64,000 nucleotides of DNA from Candidatus Culexmicrobium cathedralense (GCA_025061115.1 JANZKC010000001.1:640001-704000); one strand, 5' to 3'; positions 52,070 to 61,921 are shown, numbered from the stretch's first letter. The notes: a model not told the origin generated them from the letters alone. A program made the numbers and translations.

Positions 52070-53000
52070 TTAAGAGAGCTCTAGATAGTATTTTCTCGAA
52101 TTCCTCTGTGCTTTTGTCCCATGAGAATTGTTTTTGTCATTTTTCGCAAAAAGTATTTTAAGATCTTTATCTTTCAACTTGCCTATTGATGCGCATGCAT
52201 AGATTATAGTTCTTAAGAACTTTAACCTTGTCAATCCCTCTACTCTTACGCGTGGTTTGGTGTGTTTTGTGATAAGTGGAGGATGATAACAATATACCTT
52301 AAAACCAGCAGTCTTAAGTTTCTTGGCGATGTCATTTATATCTCCGTGCTTCAGATGAATTTCGCCGACTATTGCCTCTATGCACCTCAGATTATTGATA
52401 TTAATGCTGTTAAAAAACCTCAAATTCCGCACCCTCTATATCTATTTTAAGTAATACAGCGTCACCCTGCCTTACATGCTCTTTAAGAATTTTGTCTAGG
52501 GTTATAGTCGGGACTTCGTAGTATTTTGAAGAGGTTTTACTCACTATAGTGGCAGCTCCACTATGAGAAGCTTCATATATCTTGACTGTACCGCTGTTCT
52601 TGCCGACGAGGGCTGCGTTTATTGGGACTATGTTAGAAGCATTGTTCATGAGGATGTTGATTTCGAGAAGCCTATAGTTTACTGGGTGAGGCTCTATAGC
52701 GATTACCTTCCTAGCGTATGTTGATGCTACTAGGAAGTAGAGACCTACGTGGGCTCTAGCATAGATAACCACTTTATCTTTAAGGTTGCTTAGCTCGAAC
52801 CCCAGTAGGTATTCGTATTCTCTGCTAAGCAATATGTCTTTAATACTCCCCCAGTATTCATCGTCGGGGACGTAAGCTTTGAAAGACCTATTCCCTACCT
52901 TGAATTTTACCTTAATCACATTACCTTTAACGCCGAGAACTTTATTGATAAACCTATAGACAAGCTTGTAGGCACTATCAACCATTCGTAATGCTCTCAA
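52070..53000 (-). pseudogene. FkbM family methyltransferase, frameshifted
   Basis: AIEPHP, LKIDIEGAEF; one extra T in a T6 run near 52415; SAM motif degenerate (YARAHVG). Confidence 0.78.
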
Positions 53001-54081
53001 TAACCTTTATGAACCTCTCTGCTGATTTGTCCCAGTTGAATTGTTTTGCCCAGTTTAAGGCGTTCTCTGCTAGTCTTCTCCATAGTTCTTGATCCTCTGT
53101 CAGCATTATCATCGCCTTCGCCATCGCTTTTATGTTTCCGTATGGTACTAGTATGCCTGTTTTCATGTGTTTTATTGAGTCTCTTAGCCCAGGTACGTTA
53201 TACCCTATCGCTGGTGTTCCGTGGGCGTTAGCTTCTAGTACTGTTAATCCGTAGCCTTCTTTTTTAGATGTATGTATGAGTGCCCATGCCTGCTGCATTA
53301 ATTCTGCTTTTGTTTTTTCGCTAACTTCACCTAGGATTTCTATGTTTTTGAGTTTTAGTTTTTTGGCTATTTCTCTTAGGGTTTCTGTTCCTTTTCCTGC
53401 TATGATTAGTTTTGTGTTTGGTATTTGTTTTGATGCTAGGAGGAAGGCTGTGATTGCGTGGTGTGGTTGTTTGTATTTTTTGTATCTTGAGAACCATAAT
53501 ATTATTGGTTGTGAGGCTTTGTGCTTTATTGTGTTTGGGTTGTGGTCTATTGCGTTTGGTACTATGTGGATTTTTTGTGGTTTGGCACCTAGTTTGATTA
53601 GTTCTTGTTTTGTGCTGTTTGAGACTGCTATTAGGTGTGTGTTTGGTAGTGTTGTGTAGAGTTTGGGCATGATTGTTTCTAGTGTGTAGGCTATTATTGC
53701 CTTATATGGTGGAAGTTCTTGGAGGTATATGTCTCGGTTTAGGTGGTGTACTATTGCTATTATTGGCGTGATTTTGTTTGGTCGTAGGATTGGTGTGAGG
53801 AGGGGGATCTTGCTTGTGTCTTCTATTATGATGTTTGCCCAGTTTTTGTAGGTTTTGAGTATTTTGGGCATATGTAGGATGTAGTTGTCGTGGTTTCCTA
53901 TTCTTTGGATTGTGTAGCCGTCTATTGTTTCTTTGTGTTTTAGTTTTGGGTGCCAGCTTGTTACTGCGTGTATTTTGTGTCCTTTTTGTGCTAGTCTTTT
54001 GCAGATTTGGTGCATGTAGACTTCTGCTCCTCCTGACCATGGGTGTTTTATGTCTCTCCATTGTAGCCAGAGTATGTTCAA
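52978..54081 (-). CDS. GT4 glycosyltransferase
   Basis: HPWSGGAE, AVSNST, EGYGLTVLEANAHGTP. Confidence 0.92.
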   Translation of the reverse strand: MNILWLQWRDIKHPWSGGAEVYMHQICKRLAQKGHKIHAVTSWHPKLKHKETIDGYTIQRIGNHDNYILHMPKILKTYKNWANIIIEDTSKIPLLTPILRPNKITPIIAIVHHLNRDIYLQELPPYKAIIAYTLETIMPKLYTTLPNTHLIAVSNSTKQELIKLGAKPQKIHIVPNAIDHNPNTIKHKASQPIILWFSRYKKYKQPHHAITAFLLASKQIPNTKLIIAGKGTETLREIAKKLKLKNIEILGEVSEKTKAELMQQAWALIHTSKKEGYGLTVLEANAHGTPAIGYNVPGLRDSIKHMKTGILVPYGNIKAMAKAMIMLTEDQELWRRLAENALNWAKQFNWDKSAERFIKVIESITNG

Positions 54082-54090
54082 GGTTTTTGT

Positions 54091-54798
54091 CTACCTTTTG
54101 AGTGTTAGTTTTGTTAGGTGTTTTATGTAGTGGGCTATCTCCTTCATGCTTAGTTTGCTTTTTCCTTTTGTTCTTGGTTTGAATGTGTATGGTATTTCTG
54201 CTATTTTCTTTGGTTTTGTTTTGGCTACTATTTCTAGGAGGATTTTGTAGCCTGTTGGGTTTAGTTCTATGCCTTGAAGTAGTTCTTTTTTGAGTGTGAA
54301 GTATCCGCTCATGGGGTCTTTTATTTTTCTTGTTTGTGGCAGGAATAGGTGCGCTAGGGCTATTGCTCCTTTTGATATTATTTTTCTTTTTAGGCTCCAG
54401 CCTTCTATTTTTCCGCCTTTTGTGTATCTTGAGGCTATGGCTATGTCGTTTCCTTTGAGCATTGCTTGGTGGAGTTTTGGTAGTAGTTCTGGTGGGTGTT
54501 GTAGGTCTGCGTCCATTACTGCTATTATGTCGCCTTCTGCGTGTTTTATTCCGGTTAGGATTGCTGTTGCTAGTCCCATTTTTGCGAATCTATGTATGAC
54601 TTTTATGTTTCCGTATTGTTTTGCGAGTTGTTCTGCTAGTTGTCCTGTTCCGTCTGGGCTGTTGTCGTCTACGATTATTATTTCGTGGTCTTGATTGTTC
54701 ATGGCTGTTTCTATTCTTTGTATGAGTTGTGGTAGGTTTTCTCGTTCGTTGTATGTTGGTATTATTATTGATATTTCTGGTGTATGGTTTTTGTTCAT
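54091..54798 (-). CDS. Polyprenol/dolichol-phosphate mannose synthase (GT2)
   Basis: IIPTYNEREN, VDDNSPDGT, MDADLQHPPE, ASRY, DPMSG. Confidence 0.92.
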   Translation of the reverse strand: MNKNHTPEISIIIPTYNERENLPQLIQRIETAMNNQDHEIIIVDDNSPDGTGQLAEQLAKQYGNIKVIHRFAKMGLATAILTGIKHAEGDIIAVMDADLQHPPELLPKLHQAMLKGNDIAIASRYTKGGKIEGWSLKRKIISKGAIALAHLFLPQTRKIKDPMSGYFTLKKELLQGIELNPTGYKILLEIVAKTKPKKIAEIPYTFKPRTKGKSKLSMKEIAHYIKHLTKLTLKR

Positions 54799-55235
54799 GT
54801 TGTTTGTTTTTTGTTTTTGTTTGTGTGGTTTTGTTGTTGTGTTAGTTGTTTTAGTTTGTTGATTATTTGTTTGTTTCCTGCGAGTATTTTTCCGTGTGTG
54901 ATTATTTCTTTGATGATTTTTCTTTTTTGTTTTGCCATTTTTGTGATTTCTTGTGTTGTGTATACTATGAGTTGTATGTCTATGGGTAGTGTTGGGTCTA
55001 TGTATTCTGTTATTCTGTCTATTGGTCTTTTTGGTACGTTGTCTGAGATTATGATTATGTCTGCGTCGGAGTAGGCTGTGTAGTCTCCTCTTGCTAGGGA
55101 TCTGATGAGTATTATGGTTTTGGCTTTCTTTTCTTTGATGTGTTTTTCTGCGTATTCTTTTAGTTTTTTGATTGTTTTTTGGTAGTTTAGTTTAAATGAT
55201 TTTATTTTTGTAGTATTTAATGATTTTTTCTTCAT
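54795..55235 (-). CDS. Minimal nucleotidyltransferase (MNT)
   Basis: LIRSLARGDYTAYSDAD (the usual GS is RS, possibly inactive). Confidence 0.8.
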   Translation of the reverse strand: MKKKSLNTTKIKSFKLNYQKTIKKLKEYAEKHIKEKKAKTIILIRSLARGDYTAYSDADIIIISDNVPKRPIDRITEYIDPTLPIDIQLIVYTTQEITKMAKQKRKIIKEIITHGKILAGNKQIINKLKQLTQQQNHTNKNKKQTT

Positions 55236-55270
55236 GTTCTATTGCTCTTTTTGCGTCTTCTTCTGGGTTA

Positions 55271-55624
55271 TTACATCTGGCATATTGGTGGTGTGTTTAG
55301 GTGTGAGAACCCCAAGTATAGTATATAATTCACGTCTTTTAACCAGGACTTAGCCTTCACATAACCGAGTGCGAGCGCCTGCTCTACACGCCTCTTAATA
55401 ATCTCAAGTCCAATCATAAATGCCCTAATTTTGAGCGTGAGTTTTGAGCTTATCTTATCGAATATCTTTAGGAGTACTTCCCTTAGGGTTTGGCTTTTTA
55501 CTAGGCTTACTATCCTAGCGGATATGGTTAGGATTGCCCTTTCATCGGGATGGAGCTTGAAGAATTTCCCAGTCCTCAATGCCATCCTATACGCGGTGCG
55601 AATAGTTTTCTGTGTTATGTCCAT
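55271..55624 (-). CDS. Conserved basic hypothetical protein
   Basis: ALRTG.FFKL..DER...WLKDVNYILYLG; homologous to 59603-59974. Confidence 0.75.
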   Translation of the reverse strand: MDITQKTIRTAYRMALRTGKFFKLHPDERAILTISARIVSLVKSQTLREVLLKIFDKISSKLTLKIRAFMIGLEIIKRRVEQALALGYVKAKSWLKDVNYILYLGFSHLNTPPICQM

Positions 55625-55719
55625 CCATGTTTGTATGAGGCTCCATCCCGACTAATGTGTAGTGTTCGAAGCTTTGTTTTTGAGTGTTATGTGCTAGTTT
55701 TGTGGTGGGCTCCCCGTGC

Positions 55720-56001
55720 TTAGCTCCGTCGTGGCTTTTCGTGCTTACGCTTTCGTTCTTCTCGTATAAAGTAGGCTAGCTGGAGTAGTACTCCTGCTAC
55801 TAGATTATAATAGGCGTATTCGGCTAGCTTGTTGGCCGTGAGCTCGTTTCCTAGTGCTAGGTAGGCGGCCGCGGTGATGAGTAGTATCATGAATGTTATT
55901 ATGAATGGTGCTCCCCAATTTTCTAGGAAGTAGGTTAGGTCTAATTTGTAGATTCTTTTGCTACTTAGTTTTATTTTTATGATTAGTTTTCTTTTGCTCA
56001 T
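55720..56001 (-). CDS. Small two-TM membrane protein
   Basis: ENWGAPFI...ANKLAEYAYY.LV.GV.LQL. Confidence 0.75.
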   Translation of the reverse strand: MSKRKLIIKIKLSSKRIYKLDLTYFLENWGAPFIITFMILLITAAAYLALGNELTANKLAEYAYYNLVAGVLLQLAYFIREERKRKHEKPRRS

Positions 56002-56010
56002 TTGACTTTT

Positions 56011-56949
56011 TTACTTTGTGTGATGTATGTATTTTAGTTTATTTATTGTTTGCCTTAATCCTTCTTTTAGTGTTGTTTTTGCTTTGAAGCCTAGTTCTTG
56101 TTGTGCTTTGGTTGTGTCTGCGTGGCTGTGTTTTATGTCTCCTTCTCTTGGTTTTGTATATATGATTGGTGAGTTGGTTTTTGTTAGTTGTTTTATTTGT
56201 TGTGCTAGTTGGTTTATTGTTGTTGGTTTTCCTGTTGCTATGTTGTAGGTTCCATTTCGTTTTGCTTCTAATGCTGCAATGAATGCTCTTGCTGCATCTT
56301 TTACGTATATGAAGTCTCGTGTTTGTTTTCCGTCTCCGTAGATTGTTAGTGGCTTCCCGGCGAGTGCGTTGTTTATGAATTTTGTTATTACTCCTGCGTA
56401 TTGGTTGTGGGTTTGTCTTGGTCCGTATGCGTTGAATATTCTTAGTGTTGTTGTGGTTATGTTGTGGAGGTGGTTGTATGTTTTTAGGTAGTTTTCTGCT
56501 GCTATTTTTGTTGCTGCGTATGGTGATAGTGGGTTTGGTGGGTGGCTTTCTTTTATTGGGAGTTCTTTTGGCTCGCCGTATACTGCTGCTGATGATGCGA
56601 ATATTATTTGTTTGACTTTGTTTTTGGCTGCTGTTTTTAGTAGTTTTAGTGTTCCTGTTGCGTTTACTTGGTGGTAGAGTAGTGGTTTCTTAATTGATTC
56701 TTCTACGCTTATTAGTGCGGCTAGGTGCATTACTGCGTCTGCGTTTTTTAGTGCTTTGTTGAGTGTTTTTGTGTTGCGTATGTCTCCTTTGATGAAGGTT
56801 ATTTTGTTTTTCTTGATGTGGTGGGCTATGTTTTCTAGTTTGCCTGTGGTTAGGTTGTCGAGGACTGTTACTTCATGACCTTTTTCTACTAGTGCGTCGA
56901 TTAGGTGGCTTCCGATGAATCCTGCTCCGCCGGTGACTATAATCTTCAT
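56011..56949 (-). CDS. galE: NAD-dependent epimerase/dehydratase (UDP-glucose 4-epimerase-like)
   Basis: TGGAGFIGSH, HLAA, SSAAVYG, YAATK, GDGKQTRDF. Confidence 0.9.
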   Translation of the reverse strand: MKIIVTGGAGFIGSHLIDALVEKGHEVTVLDNLTTGKLENIAHHIKKNKITFIKGDIRNTKTLNKALKNADAVMHLAALISVEESIKKPLLYHQVNATGTLKLLKTAAKNKVKQIIFASSAAVYGEPKELPIKESHPPNPLSPYAATKIAAENYLKTYNHLHNITTTTLRIFNAYGPRQTHNQYAGVITKFINNALAGKPLTIYGDGKQTRDFIYVKDAARAFIAALEAKRNGTYNIATGKPTTINQLAQQIKQLTKTNSPIIYTKPREGDIKHSHADTTKAQQELGFKAKTTLKEGLRQTINKLKYIHHTK

Positions 56950-57037
56950 TTTAATTTGGTATTGATCTGCTTTTCATGGTTATCTTCTTCATTGGGATTT
57001 GTTTATTTGTTGTGAGGATTTTGTTGTTGCTGGTGGT

Positions 57038-57535
57038 TTAGGGATCTTTTATTATTTTTATGAATTGGTTTAGTGTTTGGGATTGTTGTTGTGCGGTTTT
57101 TAGGTTTATGTTGTTTGTTAGTGTTTTTGCTGTTTTTAGGGATTTTACGTATTGTTTTCCTTTTCTTCTTAGTATGTTGTTTAGGTATGATTCTGGGTTT
57201 TCAAGGTTTTCTGGGTTTGGTATTCCCATTCCTGCTAGGATCCATGATTCTATCGATCTCTTAATTATAATTGTATGGATGTTTGTGTGATTTATGTTTT
57301 TGATGACTTTTGATAGGTTTTTCTTTATGGTTTTTTCGGGGTGTTTGTGGAGGTCTTTTAGTATTATTATTTTTGAGTATGGTTTTCTTGTTAGTGCTGC
57401 TTTGATTAGTCGTATGGCTTTATTTGGTCTATTTCCTCTCATTAGTAGAATTTTTGCTTTTACGTTTAGTTTTTCCGTGATTTTTTGGATGACGCCTTTA
57501 TCGCTTGGGCCTTCTACGAGTATGAGGATTGACAT
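57038..57535 (-). CDS. DUF4276-like TOPRIM-fold protein
   Basis: ILVEGPSD, IILKD, IESWILA. Confidence 0.78.
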   Translation of the reverse strand: MSILILVEGPSDKGVIQKITEKLNVKAKILLMRGNRPNKAIRLIKAALTRKPYSKIIILKDLHKHPEKTIKKNLSKVIKNINHTNIHTIIIKRSIESWILAGMGIPNPENLENPESYLNNILRRKGKQYVKSLKTAKTLTNNINLKTAQQQSQTLNQFIKIIKDP

Positions 57536-57537
57536 TG

Positions 57538-58686
57538 TTATTCGGCTTTTGGTATTCCGCCGATTAGACCTGAGTACCAGGCTTCTCCGAGGGTTCCGCC
57601 TTCTTCGAGCAGCTTCTTTACAGCGTGTATTTCCTCCATGCTTTCGAGCTTCTTAATAATTGTGGCTGTATTTGGCTTTTCAACTATGTAGACTTCTTCG
57701 GGTTTTACATGGTCCAGTAAGTATGGTGAGTGTGTGGTGATTATTACTTGGCATGGTGCTTTGCGGGTTAGATCGATTAGTGTTTCTAGGAGATGTGGGT
57801 GTATGCAGTTTTCGGGTTCCTCAAAAACAGCTAAACTTGGCTGTGAATACAGGGCTGTTATGTAGGCAAGCATTCTGAGAGTTCCATCAGAAATATTTGC
57901 AGGTCTTAATGGTTCGGATAGGCCTTTAACGCGTAGCCATAACTCAACAGATGTGCCTTCAATATGAGGAATAATCTCCTCAACTTCGGGTATGAAGCTT
58001 CGAAATGCATCTTCAATAGATGTGAAAGCTCTTCTATTCTCAAGATATAAGTGTAGAAGTATGCGGGCAAGATTATTTCCATAATAACCTAGAAAAGTGG
58101 GAGCTTCAATACTTGATCGACCCCGTATCTTCTCAGGAGAAAAGGAATGCACAGTGATATTACGTAGTAGACGAGCTAATTCATGTAATTCATTAACAGC
58201 ACTTAATGGTAAAAAGGACAATAAGCTTCTAAACAACCGTCTATTGTTGAAAAATGGAATATGTTGAGATGGAGGAGTTGCCTTCTCCATTTTCCCTTGA
58301 ACTGTGAGGAAAATACTTTTTGGGGGCATGGAATATGTGCCTTCTTGTTCGAGGGCTATTTCATCATTAATCCACGCTTTTTCGATGTACCCGTTGGCTG
58401 TGAGTGTTAATGTGTATTTGATGTTGCGGTTTTCTATTGTAGCTTCTATTTCTAACTCTGTCTTGGCTGCTTCGTCGAATCCGTATGCGAGGTCTTTGAA
58501 GCTTCGGTAGCCTGATAGTATGGGGAAACCGTTTTTTGCGTGGTTTTTGATGAGTTGTAATGCTTTGGCAATATTGCTTTTGCCGCTAGCGTTTGGTCCT
58601 ACTAGTATGTTTAGTTTGCCTAGTTTCATTTCTGCGTTTTTGAGGCTTAGGAAGTTTTTGATGTGTATTTTGGTTATTGATGGCAT
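57538..58686 (-). CDS. ABC-type (AAA_21/AAA_15) ATPase
   Basis: GPNASGKSN, ISDGT signature, FEEPENCIHP, TTHSP. Confidence 0.9.
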   Translation of the reverse strand: MPSITKIHIKNFLSLKNAEMKLGKLNILVGPNASGKSNIAKALQLIKNHAKNGFPILSGYRSFKDLAYGFDEAAKTELEIEATIENRNIKYTLTLTANGYIEKAWINDEIALEQEGTYSMPPKSIFLTVQGKMEKATPPSQHIPFFNNRRLFRSLLSFLPLSAVNELHELARLLRNITVHSFSPEKIRGRSSIEAPTFLGYYGNNLARILLHLYLENRRAFTSIEDAFRSFIPEVEEIIPHIEGTSVELWLRVKGLSEPLRPANISDGTLRMLAYITALYSQPSLAVFEEPENCIHPHLLETLIDLTRKAPCQVIITTHSPYLLDHVKPEEVYIVEKPNTATIIKKLESMEEIHAVKKLLEEGGTLGEAWYSGLIGGIPKAE

Positions 58687-58797
58687 TATTTGTTTATTTG
58701 ACGTTTTTAAATATAATGTTATCTCTATTTTCTGGGAGGAATTTCTTGTTCTTTTGAAGTTTGGGTTGTCTTGTTGGATTGTTTTTTGGTGTTTTGG

Positions 58798-59203
58798 TTA
58801 TAGCCATATTCTTGTTATTTCTTTGATTTTGTCGTATTCTTTGTCTTCTGATGCTATTTTGGTTATGTTGTTTGTTGTTATTGTTGCGATGTGGAGGGCG
58901 TCTGAGGGGTTGATGTTGTGTGTTTTGAGTATTTCTGCGGCTTTTTGGTATTCTTTTTCGTTGAGGGGTAGGATTTCTATGTATGGGAGTACTATGGATT
59001 CAATGAATTCTATGGTGATGTTGTATGGGGCGTTGTATCTTTTCTTAGAGATGTAGAGGAGTTCGTCTAGGACTAGTACGTCCGTGTATGCTTTTGTAGC
59101 TTAGTAGTAAGTCTAGGTAGAAGTTTTCGTATATTTTTCTCCATTCTGGGGTTTTTATGGTGTTTAGGTATATTAGTAGGTTTGAGTCTATGAAGATTTT
59201 CAT
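58798..59203 (-). pseudogene. vapC: VapC PIN toxin, frameshifted
   Basis: MKIFIDSNLLIY...VLDELLY...SDALHIAT..SEDKEYD; 406 bp start to stop, frameshift near 59100. Confidence 0.8.
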
Positions 59204-59466
59204 TGTTCGAATTCCTTTTCTAGGTAGGTTTTAGCTTGCTCGCCGGGTTTGGGCTCTATTGAGTTTGGTATGTTTTTTATTCGGTTTAGGTGTTTCTTTA
59301 ATGCGGTGCTTAGTTTTTCTTTGTCGATTTTTCTTACTGGTTTGAGGAGGATTCCGTCTTTGATTTCTACTGTTACTTCGTCTCCTTCGTTGATGCCGAC
59401 TGCGTCTCTGATGGCTTTTGGTATGATGATGTATCCTTTTTTGCCGACTTTTAGCTTTAGAGTCAA
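59200..59466 (-). CDS. AbrB/MazE family antitoxin
   Basis: KVGKKGYIIIPKAIRDAVGINEGDEV. Confidence 0.9.
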   Translation of the reverse strand: MTLKLKVGKKGYIIIPKAIRDAVGINEGDEVTVEIKDGILLKPVRKIDKEKLSTALKKHLNRIKNIPNSIEPKPGEQAKTYLEKEFEQ

Positions 59467-59602
59467 ACTTGGTCTGCCTCGAGCTAGACTTGGCTAACCT
59501 CTCATTTAAGTATTGCTGTGGCGTGTTTCTTGTTTGTTGTTGGTTGGAGTTGTGGTTTTGAGTATGTTGGAGGGTGTTGTGTGGGTGGGTTTGTTTAGTT
59601 TG

Positions 59603-59974
59603 TTATGGGGGGTTGGGGGTTAGGCGGTATATTCCTTCGGTTAGTCCTAGCCAGAATATGTATGTGGGGTCTTGGAGCCATTTTTTGAGTTGGGGGCACC
59701 ATTTGAAGGCTCCGCTTTTCTTAAATTGGGTGAGTATGTGGCGGGCTCTTTCGAGTCCCGCCTTTACTATTTTGAGGGTGGGGGTTAGGATGAGTTTATT
59801 CATTATTTCTGTTAGGTGTGAGATTACGTCTGGGTTTATTATTTTTCTTTTGATTTTTGCGTAGGTTAGGGCTGCTCGGTAGAATGCTTTTTCTAGTTTG
59901 GATAGTTTTTTCCAGTTTCCGTTTCTTAAGCCTTTTTTCAGGGTGTTTGCGAGCTCAGTGTAGTAGATGGGCAT
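59603..59974 (-). CDS. Conserved basic hypothetical protein
   Basis: GLRNGNWKKL..LEK...WLQDPTYIFWLG; paralog of 55271-55624. Confidence 0.75.
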   Translation of the reverse strand: MPIYYTELANTLKKGLRNGNWKKLSKLEKAFYRAALTYAKIKRKIINPDVISHLTEIMNKLILTPTLKIVKAGLERARHILTQFKKSGAFKWCPQLKKWLQDPTYIFWLGLTEGIYRLTPNPP

Positions 59975-60157
59975 ATTTTACCCTCTAATTATTATTAGTA
60001 TGTTTGTTGATTTAAAAGGGATTGGGTTGCATGATTTTATTAGTCAATGATTTTGCTGTTCGTATTTATGTTTCAGTTTTTATAATTGTGTTTGCTTGTT
60101 TTTTCTGTTTTTGTGTGTTATTATTGTGTGGTTGAGGTTTTGTTATAAAGAAGGTTG

Positions 60158-60499
60158 TTATTGTTTTGTTTCTTCTTTTGTTTTGGTTTCTTTCTTTTCT
60201 TCTTTGGGTTTTTCTTCTTTGGTTTCTTCCTCTTTTGTTTCTTCTTCTAGTTTTTTGAGTTCTTCTTCTATTTCTTTTTCTATTTCTTCTATTGGTTTTG
60301 GTGGTGGTGTTGTTGCTAGGGTGTATCCTATCCAGGCTATTATTGTGAGTACTCCTCCTACTGCTATTAGGGCTGTGAGCTTCATTACGATGAGGTCTAG
60401 TCCTGGCCAGGTTGGGAAGAATAGTAGCCATATGTATATGATTATTCCTATTATTGATCCTGCGAGTAGGCCTGCTCCTATTATGGCGTCTTTTTGCAT
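60158..60499 (-). CDS. Conserved two-TM protein with acidic tail
   Basis: WIGYTLATTPPPKPIEEIEKE. Confidence 0.8.
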   Translation of the reverse strand: MQKDAIIGAGLLAGSIIGIIIYIWLLFFPTWPGLDLIVMKLTALIAVGGVLTIIAWIGYTLATTPPPKPIEEIEKEIEEELKKLEEETKEEETKEEKPKEEKKETKTKEETKQ

Positions 60500-60589
60500 T
60501 TTTGTTCCTCCTTGATTTCGTTTTTTAGTTATTGTTGTTTTGTTATAAAACGTTTACTGGTTTGTTTTGTTGTTTGTTATTTTAAGTGG

Positions 60590-61921
60590 TTATTTTGGTT
60601 TGTGTTGAATTGTTTTTAGGTAGTATATTGCTGCTAGTGTTGCTGCTATTGCTATTACTGTTATGGTTATGATTATGGTTGTTGTTGGTGTGATTTCTGG
60701 TGGGGGTGGTTGTTTTACTGTTATTGTTATTGTGTTTGATGTTGTGTTGTCTGCTTTTGCTTGTATTTGGTATGTTCCTTTTTGTTGGAATGTTATTGTG
60801 AATGTTGTTTTTCCGTTTGGTTGGGTTGTTTTTGTTTGGGTTGGTGTGTTGTTTATGTATAGGGTTATTGGGGTGTTTTTCATGGGTGTTCCGTATTGGC
60901 TTATTGCTATTGCTGTGATTGTTATTGTTTGTTCTGTTTGGATTTCTAGTTTGTCTGCTCCTAGCATTAGTATTGTTACTTTTGGCGGGGGCAGTTTGAC
61001 TGTGATTGTTATGGTGTTGGATGTGTAGTTGTTTGTTTTGGCGTAGATGGTGTAGTTTCCTTGTGTGTAGAGGGTTATGGTGAAGGTTGTTTGTCCTTGG
61101 TTGTTGGTTGTTTTGGTTTGGTGTGGTGCGTTTTGGATGTATAGGGTTGTTTGGATGTTTGGTTGTGGGTTTCCGTTTTGGTCTGTTATTGTGGCTGTTA
61201 TGTTGATTGGTTCGGCTGGCTTTGCGATTGTTTTGTCGGCTTCTATTTTTATTGTGAGGATTTTTGGTGGTGGGGGTGGCTTGGTTACCGTGATCGTTAT
61301 TGTGTTTGATTTTATTGTGTCTGCCTGCGCGTATATGGTGTAGTTTCCTTCTATTTTGAATGTTATTTGGAAGGTTGCTTTTCCGGCTGTGTTTGTTTTT
61401 GTGGTTGTGTTTAGCTGTTGGTTGATGATTAGTTGGACTGTTACGTTTGGCATTGGCTTGTAGGTTTGGTCTAGTACTTGGGCTGTGAATGTTATTGTTT
61501 GTCCGGTTTTTATTGTTGTTGTGTTTGCTTGTAGGTTTATTTTTGTTATTTTTGGTGGTTGGGGTGGTGGGGGTGGTTTTGTTGTTATTGTGATTGTGCG
61601 GGTTGCTGTTGTTTTGGTTGTTACGTCTTTTGCGTATAGGGTGTATGTGCCTGTTGTCCAGTCGGTTGATGTTTTGAGTTTGATTGTTAGTTTGCCTTCG
61701 TTGTCTGTTGTGGCTTCCCATACCCATATTGGTCCTGTTGGGCTGTTTAGTTGGAGCATTACGTGTCCGTTTGGTGTTGCTCCTGTGATTGTTATGGTTA
61801 TGGTTTCTTCTAGGTAGTAGGTTGACTTGTCGGTTGTGAGTGTGAATGTTGTTTGGGCTTGTAGGGGGTTTAGGATTAGGGTTAGAATTATGAGGAGTGG
61901 GATTGCGTGTTTATTTTTCAC
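60590..61921 (-). CDS. Cell-surface protein with Ig-like (Big_1-type) repeats
   Basis: Signal peptide, three ~95 aa repeats (G.P..N...T...G..TF.IT....G.Y.I.A) with poly-Pro linkers, C-terminal TM anchor. Confidence 0.85.
   Translation of the reverse strand: MKNKHAIPLLIILTLILNPLQAQTTFTLTTDKSTYYLEETITITITGATPNGHVMLQLNSPTGPIWVWEATTDNEGKLTIKLKTSTDWTTGTYTLYAKDVTTKTTATRTITITTKPPPPPQPPKITKINLQANTTTIKTGQTITFTAQVLDQTYKPMPNVTVQLIINQQLNTTTKTNTAGKATFQITFKIEGNYTIYAQADTIKSNTITITVTKPPPPPKILTIKIEADKTIAKPAEPINITATITDQNGNPQPNIQTTLYIQNAPHQTKTTNNQGQTTFTITLYTQGNYTIYAKTNNYTSNTITITVKLPPPKVTILMLGADKLEIQTEQTITITAIAISQYGTPMKNTPITLYINNTPTQTKTTQPNGKTTFTITFQQKGTYQIQAKADNTTSNTITITVKQPPPPEITPTTTIIITITVIAIAATLAAIYYLKTIQHKPK

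Noticed and set aside
52405-52420. Phase variation of FkbM at a T6 tract
   Set aside because: Tract is short and the SAM-binding motif is also degenerate, favouring decay or sequencing error
60582-61727. 381 aa N/H/Q-rich ORF and similar shadow ORFs across 53-63 kb
   Set aside because: Alternate-frame artefacts of A/C skew, which depletes stop codons; they overlap well-supported genes
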